Source of the DNA: Puia sp.
Lineage (GTDB): Bacteria; Bacteroidota; Bacteroidia; Chitinophagales; Chitinophagaceae
Length of the DNA: 64,000 nucleotides
Assembly: GCA_041481385.1 (NCBI GenBank)
Contig: JBGPBW010000001.1
Span: 1,531-65,530, forward strand
Direction: 5' to 3'
The translations under genes and the position numbers were made by a program. This document shows positions 56,599-64,000 of this stretch, one piece after another. Below the pieces are notes generated by a model, which saw nothing but the letters and a program-made list of their open reading frames with translations, did no database searches and was not told the origin of the DNA. Each line of letters opens with the position of its first letter. Within the stretch, counting starts at the first letter, position 1.

Positions 56599-57291
56599 AT
56601 GAGTGATATGCGAAATGCAATTAAGAGATTTTTTAAAGGACGAAATTCAAAGTTTATTTACCTAAAAAAATCTTTTGGCAATACTCACTTTAAGCTGTTG
56701 GATGTGGGAGTCGGTAACCACTCTGCTTCTAAAACGGTTGGGTTGTTCCCGAATTGTGAATATTATGGCGTTGATTTAAATAAGGACTATAACAACAGTG
56801 ACGAAGATTTTAAGTTGATGAAATGTTTTTATGAGATGGATCTTACCAGGTTAGATTTTCACATGATCCCAAATGATTATTTTGACGGAATTTGGATTGT
56901 TCACGTTATTGAACATTTACATAACGGGGATAAAGTGTTAGAAAATCTTATTAGGAAACTCAAGCCAGGTGGCTTTATGTATGTCGAGTATCCCGGTATA
57001 AAAAGTACAAAACTTCCTTCGATGTACGGTACGTTGAATTTTAAAGATGACCTTTCGCACGTAAGGGTTTATTCAGTAAATGAATTGACAGAATTATTTA
57101 AAGTAAATGGTTGCAATGTGTTAAAAAGCGGGACCAGAAGGAATTTATATTTCATTTTGGTTGCTCCTTTTCGAATACTTGGGTATTGGACTCGTGGTAA
57201 AAAGCTAATTGGTAATATTTTTTGGGATATAATGGGTTTTGCTGAATTTCTCTATGTCATTAGGGAAGGAAATACGAAGAGTGGGGTATAG
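56599..57291 (+). CDS. Class I SAM-dependent methyltransferase
   Basis: LLDVGVG motif I, HVIEHL and LKPGGFMYVE. Confidence 0.85.
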   Translation: MSDMRNAIKRFFKGRNSKFIYLKKSFGNTHFKLLDVGVGNHSASKTVGLFPNCEYYGVDLNKDYNNSDEDFKLMKCFYEMDLTRLDFHMIPNDYFDGIWIVHVIEHLHNGDKVLENLIRKLKPGGFMYVEYPGIKSTKLPSMYGTLNFKDDLSHVRVYSVNELTELFKVNGCNVLKSGTRRNLYFILVAPFRILGYWTRGKKLIGNIFWDIMGFAEFLYVIREGNTKSGV

Positions 57292-57404
57292 CTGAGGGCA
57301 ATCAACCAAAAGAAGGAATTTGGCAAAAGATGAACCAAAAGACAGTTAATACCAAATTGACTTAGATCATTTACTTGGGAAATAGATTATATTTTTTTAA
57401 GTAA

Positions 57405-57422
57405 CTAAGTGGAAACCCTTAG
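57405..57422. promoter_or_regulatory. Second copy of the CTAAG-N8-CTTAG site
   Basis: ctaagtggaaacccttag matches 46778-46795 at 17 of 18 positions. Confidence 0.55.
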
Positions 57423-57514
57423 GAAGGTCAAAACAGTCAAGGTTTTGAGGAATAAATGAATATATTTATATCTCAATGGCGGTGTCATTAACCTAACCCC
57501 GAAATATAACCGAT

Positions 57515-58372
57515 ATGCGTATTATTAGTAGCCTGCTGAGCTCACTCCTGGTCATATTTTTTATTGCATCAATAAGCCTTTCTCAAACTGCTTGCAGTAA
57601 AACGGTGACAGAACATGATACAACCGTAAAAAATATCCATGACACGACAATTAAAAACATTCATGACACCACTGTCATTATTGACACCTTTTATAATTTG
57701 AAATATGGGCTTGTGGCTTACTATAATTTTAATAATGGTAATCTAAATGACAGCAGTGGCAATAGTAATAATATCGTATTTAACAATGCTGTCGTAACCA
57801 GCGACAGGTTTGGGCGGGCAGGAAATGCCTATCGGTTTACCGGAGGTGCCTATATGCGGGTTCCTAACAGCACTTCTCTTAGTCCCATCCAAATTACGCT
57901 GATGGCCATTGTGCGATTCCATAATTACTATACCGGTCTGGCCTGGGGAAATGAAATTTTGATGAAGGGTCCGTCGGATCCGTCCTCAGGAGTGTATGGG
58001 CTCAGGGTACATCCAAGTTCATATGATTATACTACCGCGTTAGATACAACAACAGAAATGTTTGGAGGTTTTTATGGGGATGGTTCAAATGCGGGAATTA
58101 TAGACAATTTACTTTTTATTCATGGTGGCGACTGGTATACAGTAGTATATACTTATGACGGATTTGTTTGTAAATTATATGTCAATGGTGTTTTGAGAAA
58201 TACAAGAACCGTTCCATTTGGATTTAATGCAAACCTGAATGATCTGTATATTGGTAAAACAGAAAATCCAAGTTTCCCTTACAATTTTGACGGCGACATC
58301 GATGAAATCCGCATTTATAACAGGGCTGTCTCGCCATTTTTCGTTGGAAAGCTCAACGCTTTAGCGGAATAA
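57515..58372 (+). CDS. LamG-like jellyroll exported protein or lipoprotein
   Basis: GLVAYYNFNNGNLNDSSGN, SDRFG...AY, LYVNG and FDGDIDEIRIYNRA. Confidence 0.85.
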   Translation: MRIISSLLSSLLVIFFIASISLSQTACSKTVTEHDTTVKNIHDTTIKNIHDTTVIIDTFYNLKYGLVAYYNFNNGNLNDSSGNSNNIVFNNAVVTSDRFGRAGNAYRFTGGAYMRVPNSTSLSPIQITLMAIVRFHNYYTGLAWGNEILMKGPSDPSSGVYGLRVHPSSYDYTTALDTTTEMFGGFYGDGSNAGIIDNLLFIHGGDWYTVVYTYDGFVCKLYVNGVLRNTRTVPFGFNANLNDLYIGKTENPSFPYNFDGDIDEIRIYNRAVSPFFVGKLNALAE

Positions 58373-58404
58373 ACAATTTTAATATCGCAGATCTAATCTT
58401 TCTA

Positions 58405-58632
58405 TTATACCGTCTTCTTCGGCGGCAGGGCAAAAGCGACGGCATTGTGTTCGAAATGGTTTTTATGTGAACCGTCGCAGAAAGGTTTGGTTGACGATTT
58501 TCCACAACGGCAAAGGGATACTATTTCTCTTCCACCCAGATCATACCGGGCCCCGGTCCGGTCCAGGATTTCAAAATCACCTTCAATTTTCAGGGAGCCG
58601 TTGTCGTTTACTGTAATTTTAGTGCCAGACAT
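58405..58632 (-). CDS. CDGSH iron-sulfur domain protein
   Basis: LCRCGKSSTKPFCDGSH. Confidence 0.93.
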   Translation of the reverse strand: MSGTKITVNDNGSLKIEGDFEILDRTGARYDLGGREIVSLCRCGKSSTKPFCDGSHKNHFEHNAVAFALPPKKTV

Positions 58633-58718
58633 CTCGTTTCAGATTTAAAAATGAAATTAGGCAATTGCATTGATTATATCTTCATGTTTTAACTTTATAA
58701 ATCAGATACGCATATTAT

Positions 58719-59390
58719 ATGAAAAAATCATATGCTTCAGCAATCATAATATTTATTTTCATCAGTCTCTCATTTATGCCGGATAAAAAAATCAAAGTGA
58801 TTTTTTTCGGGGATTCCATCACGGAAGCCGGAGTTAAACCCGGTGGCTTCATAACGATCGACGACAGTCTGCTCAACCCGACCGGCCATGCCGCCTATGA
58901 ACTCATCGGGGCCGGCATCAGTGGAAATAAAGTGTATGATCTTTACCTGCGTATGGAAGACGATGTGATCAGCCATTCGCCCGATATTGTGGTTGTATGG
59001 ATTGGCGTCAATGACGTCTGGCACAAGAAAATGGGAACCGGAACTGATGCCGATAAATTTGAAAGATTTTATCTGGCTTTGATGAAAAAATTTAAAACAG
59101 CCGGTATTCGGATCATCGTGTGTACACCGGCGACCATCGGCGAGAAATATGATAATACCAATGAGCAGGATGGCGACCTGAATAAATATGCAAACATTAT
59201 CCGGAAAATTGCCACTGAACAGCAACTAACCCTCGTGGATATGCGCAAAGAGTTTGAAGACTATGAAAAAATACACAATACCTCCAACGCCGACAGAGGC
59301 CTGCTCACCGCCGATGGTGTTCACCTGAACGAAACGGGTAATCTGTTTGTGGCGAAACTGATGGCCGAAGGCATCAGGAAGACGCCGTAA
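58719..59390 (+). CDS. SGNH/GDSL hydrolase
   Basis: GDSIT, GISG, GVND and DGVH catalytic blocks. Confidence 0.92.
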   Translation: MKKSYASAIIIFIFISLSFMPDKKIKVIFFGDSITEAGVKPGGFITIDDSLLNPTGHAAYELIGAGISGNKVYDLYLRMEDDVISHSPDIVVVWIGVNDVWHKKMGTGTDADKFERFYLALMKKFKTAGIRIIVCTPATIGEKYDNTNEQDGDLNKYANIIRKIATEQQLTLVDMRKEFEDYEKIHNTSNADRGLLTADGVHLNETGNLFVAKLMAEGIRKTP

Positions 59391-59407
59391 GGGCCCGCAA
59401 TTTCAAT

Positions 59408-59415
59408 TATCTTTG
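59408..59415 (+). promoter_or_regulatory. -7 box TATCTTTG
   Basis: Exact TAnnTTTG only 4 nt before the ABC-F ATG, implying a leaderless or very short leader if real. Confidence 0.55.
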
Positions 59416-59419
59416 CAGC

Positions 59420-61303
59420 ATGCATTATGTATCTGCTGAGGGACTTGGAAAGTCGTACGGAATTAAGCCATTGTTTGATAATATCTCCTTTCATATCGAA
59501 TCAGGCGATAAAATTGCCCTGATCGCCAAAAACGGAACAGGAAAGACCACATTATTGAAGATTCTGGCCGGAAAGGAAACGGCTGAATCCGGAAAACTGT
59601 GGATTTCAAAAGACATCAATGTCGTTTTTTTTGAACAGGATCCCCTGTTTCAGGAAGAGTTATCGATCCTGGATAATATTTTTCACCATCCCAACCCGGT
59701 TACCACAGCCATCAAGGCCTTTGAAGCCGCAAGCGAAACAGAAGATACAGACGCGCTGATGGCCAGCATTGAAGAAATGGATCACCTCAGTGCGTGGGAT
59801 TTTGACGCGAAAGTGAAACAGATCTTTACCCGGCTGAACATTGATCACCTGGTGCAGCCGGTTAAAACCCTGAGTGGTGGACAACGAAAAAGAGTAGCTC
59901 TCGCCCGCACCCTGATCGACATCGCTTTTGGAAGCCGTGAAGCATTCCTGATCATGGATGAACCCACCAATCACCTGGATATTGAAATGGTGGAGTGGCT
60001 GGAAAATTATTTGAACCAGCAGAATATCACACTGCTGGTTGTTTCGCATGACCGCTATTTTCTGGACAATGTGTGTAATGAAATCTGGGAGATGGACAGG
60101 AGTAATTTGTTCACCTATACCGGCGATTATGAAAATTACCTCGAAAAAAAAGCAGCCCGTATTGAATCCGACCTGGCCAGTATAGACAAAGCGAAAAACC
60201 TGTACCGGAAGGAACTGGAATGGATGCGCAAACAGCCAAAAGCCAGGACCACTAAATCAAAAAGCCGTCAGGACGCTTTTTATGTGGTTGAATCCAAGGC
60301 CAAACAAAACCTCGACGAACAGAACCTTACCCTGCAAATGAAAATGAGCCGGTTGGGTGGTAAAGTAGCGGAACTGAAAAAAGTGAATAAACGATTCGGA
60401 GATAAAATTATTCTTAAAGGATTTGACTATACATTTAAGAAGGGAGACCGTATTGGGGTTGTTGGAAAAAATGGAGCAGGGAAAACCACATTCCTGAATA
60501 TGTTACAGGGTCTTGAACCTCCCGATAGCGGTAAAGTGAATATCGGTGAGACGGTGGTATTTGGAAATTACTCGCAAACGGGACTGGTTATTAAAGAGGA
60601 TGTGCGGGTAATTGAGTTTGTGAAAAATATTGCTGAACATTTCCCCCTGGCGGATGGCAGTTCCCTGAGCGCCGCCCAGTTTCTCAATCTTTTCTTATTC
60701 CCACCGGATAAGCAATACACGATGATTTCTTCATTGAGTGGCGGTGAAAAAAGAAGACTATTCCTTTTGTCGATCCTGTTTCGCAATCCGAATTTCCTGA
60801 TCCTGGATGAGCCAACAAACGACCTGGACCTGCCCACACTGGCCGTGCTGGAAAATTTCCTGCTCGATTTCCAGGGATGTCTGGTGATGGTTTCACATGA
60901 CCGGTATTTTATGGATCGTATGGTCGAACACCTGTTTGTTTTTGAAGGAGATGGAAAAATTCGTGACTTCCCCGGGAATTATGGGTTATACCAACTGTGG
61001 CTGAAAACAAAAGACAATGAAGAGTCAACGGAATTAAAGACTGTTCAGGCTCCTCCTGTAAAAGAGCCGGCTTTCGTGGTAACCGGTAAACCAAAACTAT
61101 CTTATAAAGAAAAAAAAGAATTGGAGACACTTGAAAAGGAAATCAGTGAACTGACCCGGGAAAAAGAAGGCATAACCGAAAAACTGCATGATGCATCCAT
61201 TAATTTTGATACGATCCAGCAGCTTTCCCAACGATTCACGCTGGTATCCGAGACGCTGGAACAAAAAGAATTCCGCTGGCTGGAACTGAGCGAACTGGTT
61301 TAA
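59420..61303 (+). CDS. ABC-F family ATPase (Uup-like)
   Basis: Two NBDs (GTGKT/LSGGQRKR and GAGKT/LSGGEKRR), no TM domain, C-terminal coiled coil KLSYKEKKELE. Confidence 0.93.
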   Translation: MHYVSAEGLGKSYGIKPLFDNISFHIESGDKIALIAKNGTGKTTLLKILAGKETAESGKLWISKDINVVFFEQDPLFQEELSILDNIFHHPNPVTTAIKAFEAASETEDTDALMASIEEMDHLSAWDFDAKVKQIFTRLNIDHLVQPVKTLSGGQRKRVALARTLIDIAFGSREAFLIMDEPTNHLDIEMVEWLENYLNQQNITLLVVSHDRYFLDNVCNEIWEMDRSNLFTYTGDYENYLEKKAARIESDLASIDKAKNLYRKELEWMRKQPKARTTKSKSRQDAFYVVESKAKQNLDEQNLTLQMKMSRLGGKVAELKKVNKRFGDKIILKGFDYTFKKGDRIGVVGKNGAGKTTFLNMLQGLEPPDSGKVNIGETVVFGNYSQTGLVIKEDVRVIEFVKNIAEHFPLADGSSLSAAQFLNLFLFPPDKQYTMISSLSGGEKRRLFLLSILFRNPNFLILDEPTNDLDLPTLAVLENFLLDFQGCLVMVSHDRYFMDRMVEHLFVFEGDGKIRDFPGNYGLYQLWLKTKDNEESTELKTVQAPPVKEPAFVVTGKPKLSYKEKKELETLEKEISELTREKEGITEKLHDASINFDTIQQLSQRFTLVSETLEQKEFRWLELSELV

Positions 61304-61315
61304 CGTTTAATCTTA

Positions 61316-61343
61316 CCGTCAACGGTCAACGGTCAACTGTTAT
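61316..61343. repeat. Heptamer tandem repeat, CCGTCAA/CGGTCAA family (4 units)
   Basis: ccgtcaa cggtcaa cggtcaa ctgttat, 12 bp after the ABC-F stop. Confidence 0.8.
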
Positions 61344-61411
61344 CTTCACCCAATCTTTGAAAAATAATTCCGCATTTTATCCTATTTTAGGGGTCACCTT
61401 AAAACCGCCAT

Positions 61412-62005
61412 ATGCCTACCGAACTCACTCCCGTTGTCTTAAAAGATAGTCTGGCCAATCCTGCTCCACTTGGATTATTTGGATTCGGCATGACCACCGT
61501 TTTATTAAATCTTCACAATGCCGGATTCTATGAAATGAATGCGATGATCCTGGCCATGGGACTTTTTTACGGAGGAACTGCCCAGGTGATCGCAGGTATT
61601 CTTGAATTCAAAAAGAACAACACCTTCGGCATGACCGCATTCATCTCATACGGATTTTTCTGGATTTCCCTGGTTGGCCTCATCTTCATGGCCAAATGGG
61701 GCTGGATCACGCCGACTCCGGGAACAGCTTTCGTTGCATACCTTATCGTGTGGGGCATTTTCACACTCCTGCTTTTCTTTGGAACGCTCCGGATAAACCG
61801 CGCTCTTCAATTTGTTTTTGGATCACTGACTATTTTATTTTTCCTGCTCGCGATTGCGAACGCAACAAAAAATGAATCCATCACAAGGATTGCGGGCATT
61901 GAAGGAATTATCTGCGGCGGATCGGCGATCTATGCCGGCATCGCAAACCTGCTCAATGAAGTATATGGTTATACGATTTTGCCATTGGGCCCGGTGCGTA
62001 AATAA
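61412..62005 (+). CDS. satP: Acetate/succinate uptake transporter (GPR1/FUN34/YaaH family)
   Basis: ANPAPLGL signature and TFGMTAFISYGFFW. Confidence 0.92.
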   Translation: MPTELTPVVLKDSLANPAPLGLFGFGMTTVLLNLHNAGFYEMNAMILAMGLFYGGTAQVIAGILEFKKNNTFGMTAFISYGFFWISLVGLIFMAKWGWITPTPGTAFVAYLIVWGIFTLLLFFGTLRINRALQFVFGSLTILFFLLAIANATKNESITRIAGIEGIICGGSAIYAGIANLLNEVYGYTILPLGPVRK

Positions 62006-62014
62006 TTCCACATT

Positions 62015-62070
62015 CAGGCATAAGGCGTAAGGCTTAAGGCTTAAGGCAAAACGCCCAACGTTTAACGCCC
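62015..62070. repeat. Heptamer arrays AAGGCNT x5 then AACGYYY x3
   Basis: caggcat aaggcgt aaggctt aaggctt aaggcaa aacgccc aacgttt aacgccc. Confidence 0.75.
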
Positions 62071-62229
62071 ATCGGCCACCAAAGCGAAGCGCAGGTGCCG
62101 AACGCACATCGGCCACCGAATCCCGCCATGAGCGGGAGCAGGCGGATAACGCAGATCTGTAAACGTTAAAACAAGAATCACTTATATTTTCACGAACAAT
62201 GGATAGCCGAGATGTGTTAATTTTGCGGT

Positions 62230-63522
62230 ATGGTTATCATGCAGGATCAACGCAAAGCCAAAAGGCTGGTGATTATCGGCGGAGGATTTGGTGGGGTCAA
62301 TCTCGCACTGCAATTAAAAAATGACCCGGAATTTCAGATTACGCTGGTTGATAAAAATAATTATAATTTTTTTCCGCCGTTAATCTACCAGGTTGCCACC
62401 GGATTTTTAGAAAATTCCAATATCAGTTATCCCTTCCGGAAACTCTTCCGCAAGTATAAAAATATTCAGTTTCGTCTCGGTGAACTGCTTCGGGTGGACC
62501 CTGCTATGCACACGATAACATTGAATAATGGAGAACTCCCTTACGATTACCTTGTATTTGCAACAGGTGCGGAATCGAATTTTTTTGGCATGGAAAACAT
62601 CCGCCGGAATGCGATCCCGATGAAGAATGTGAACGATGCACTGGAAATGCGCAACGTCCTGTTACAAAGAGTTGAACGGGCGACCATCACGCGGGATCCT
62701 GTTGAAAGAAAAAAACTGGTCACCATCGTCGTTGCCGGCGGAGGCCCTACAGGTGTGGAGGTTTCCGGTATGCTTGCGGACCTGAGGGTACACAGTTTTT
62801 CCAAAGATTATCCTGAACTGAAAGGAGCCGGTGCTGAAATTTACCTGGTAGATGGAAGTGATCATTTGCTGGCCGCGATGAGTGAATCTTCCCAAAATGA
62901 TACCTTTCTCGCCCTTAAAAAAATGGGCGTGAAAATAAAATTACAAACGCGGGTAAAGGATTTTACCGGCGACAAAGTTGAATTGACAAACGGTGAAATC
63001 ATTGAAACCAAAAACCTGATCTGGACCGCCGGTGTAACTGCCATCAGATTTCCCGGAATTCCCGAAACCTGTTATGGCCCGGGAAAACGCCTGCTCGCCG
63101 ATTCGTTCAATAAAGTAATTGGCCTGGAGGATATATATGCCATCGGAGACACCAGTCTGCAAATGCACGAAGCGGTTTACCCTGCCGGTCATCCGCAACT
63201 CGCCCAGGTTTCCATACAGCAAGCCCGGCTGCTGGCTGCCAATCTCAAATCCGCAACAGAAGGGAAACCTTTAAAACCTTTTCAATACAAGGATAAGGGA
63301 ACAATGGCCATCATCGGAAGAAATAAAGCAGTGGCCGATCTTCCGCATCATGTACATTTCAAAGGATTCATCGCCTGGTTTATTTGGCTGTTTGTTCACC
63401 TGACCTCGCTGATCAGCTACCGCAACCGGGTTAAGACGCTATATAACTGGATGGTTGCTTACCTGAACAAAGACCAGGCGCTGCGTTTCATCGTGAGACC
63501 CGGTCATATTCAGGAAGACTGA
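62230..63522 (+). CDS. ndh: Type II NADH dehydrogenase
   Basis: IIGGGFGG and VAGGGPTGVE dinucleotide motifs, YAIGD, AQVSIQQ and YKDKGTMAIIGRNKAV. Confidence 0.92.
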   Translation: MVIMQDQRKAKRLVIIGGGFGGVNLALQLKNDPEFQITLVDKNNYNFFPPLIYQVATGFLENSNISYPFRKLFRKYKNIQFRLGELLRVDPAMHTITLNNGELPYDYLVFATGAESNFFGMENIRRNAIPMKNVNDALEMRNVLLQRVERATITRDPVERKKLVTIVVAGGGPTGVEVSGMLADLRVHSFSKDYPELKGAGAEIYLVDGSDHLLAAMSESSQNDTFLALKKMGVKIKLQTRVKDFTGDKVELTNGEIIETKNLIWTAGVTAIRFPGIPETCYGPGKRLLADSFNKVIGLEDIYAIGDTSLQMHEAVYPAGHPQLAQVSIQQARLLAANLKSATEGKPLKPFQYKDKGTMAIIGRNKAVADLPHHVHFKGFIAWFIWLFVHLTSLISYRNRVKTLYNWMVAYLNKDQALRFIVRPGHIQED

Positions 63523-63847
63523 TATTTATTTTTTAAATGGTTTATTCATACGCACGCAAAATTTTGCAAACCACGTCAGGTATTACGGGCCACCGGAAAC
63601 TATGCGGGTATAAGTACGCAGTTGCTTACGGGGAAGTATATCCGCCCCCGGCCGGTGGCTGGAGATATTTATTGTTGAATTCTGTTGAAATTATTTTGTT
63701 TTCATGAAATAATTTTTACTTTTATACGAAGCGATGAGCTTGTCCCCCGCGTTCCCATATAGCATTATTCGGCTAATGTTTTAAGGTCCTGCGATCTGTT
63801 ATCCATACCTATGAATTGATTTACATAAGTATTAAACAGATCAACCG

Positions 63848-64000
63848 ATGCAGCTAACGAGCAAGACCCCCGGCCTGGATGAAAAATTAGACGGATTACT
63901 CTCCCTGATCATGCATGAATACGAAGATCAGCCGGCAATTCCCCTGGCGCGTTTTTATGATCGTTATAGCGAATTTTTTGGTGAAGAACTGCATAATCTG
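63848..64000 (+). CDS. Hypothetical protein (partial, runs off window end)
   Basis: Open frame MQLTSKTPGLDEKLDGLLSLIMHEYEDQ... to the window edge. Confidence 0.5.
   Translation, partial: MQLTSKTPGLDEKLDGLLSLIMHEYEDQPAIPLARFYDRYSEFFGEELHNL

Noticed and set aside
21701-62070. Heptamer arrays as CRISPR repeats
   Set aside because: The units are 7 bp and contiguous, with no unique spacers and no cas genes.
682-63222. Numerous 60-180 aa ORFs antisense or out of frame to assigned genes (e.g. 682..1074, 11157..11531, 18029..18562, 28487..28939, 59660..60049)
   Set aside because: They lie within strongly supported CDS, carry no recognisable motifs and are expected shadow ORFs.
63730-63792. Possible fluoride riboswitch (GCGATG...GCTAATG)
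   Set aside because: The resemblance is superficial; the P1 and pseudoknot pairings do not form, and the downstream ORF does not look like CrcB/Fluc.
1-64000. tRNA, rRNA, tmRNA, SRP, RNase P, transposase, integrase or prophage genes
   Set aside because: No diagnostic sequence was seen by eye. A tRNAscan/Infernal run would be needed to exclude divergent RNAs.

Overview
Chromosomal segment of a Bacteroidota bacterium, most consistent with Chitinophagaceae (inferred from two T9SS C-terminal domains, a SusC/SusD pair, TAnnTTTG -7 promoter boxes and A-rich start regions). It holds about 57 real CDS. I see no rRNA, tRNA, CRISPR array, transposase, integrase or phage gene. Left to right: an 11-gene complex I-like operon nuoA-B-C-D-H-I-J-K-L-M-N lacking nuoEFG; lipid and glycoside genes; two T9SS cargo proteins; a myo-inositol oxygenase plus Na+/solute symporter pair; a PUL-like block with a membrane-anchored propeller/LuxR regulator, two Tat-exported TIM-barrel enzymes, two lectin-domain/PD40 proteins and SusC/SusD but no glycoside hydrolase; an ECF sigma/anti-sigma/vWA module; stress genes; an orphan LytTR next to a NarL/HK pair; and housekeeping genes ending in ndh. 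The strongest hand-read signal is a regulon. Three promoters in the PUL-like block each carry two TGATGTAG-N3-TGATGTAG direct-repeat pairs exactly 52 bp apart, ending 31-32 bp before a -7-like box. A second shared palindrome (CTAAG-N8-CTTAG) occurs twice, and several 7-bp tandem repeat families sit next to stop codons. All protein assignments come from recognising motifs by eye, not from database searches.
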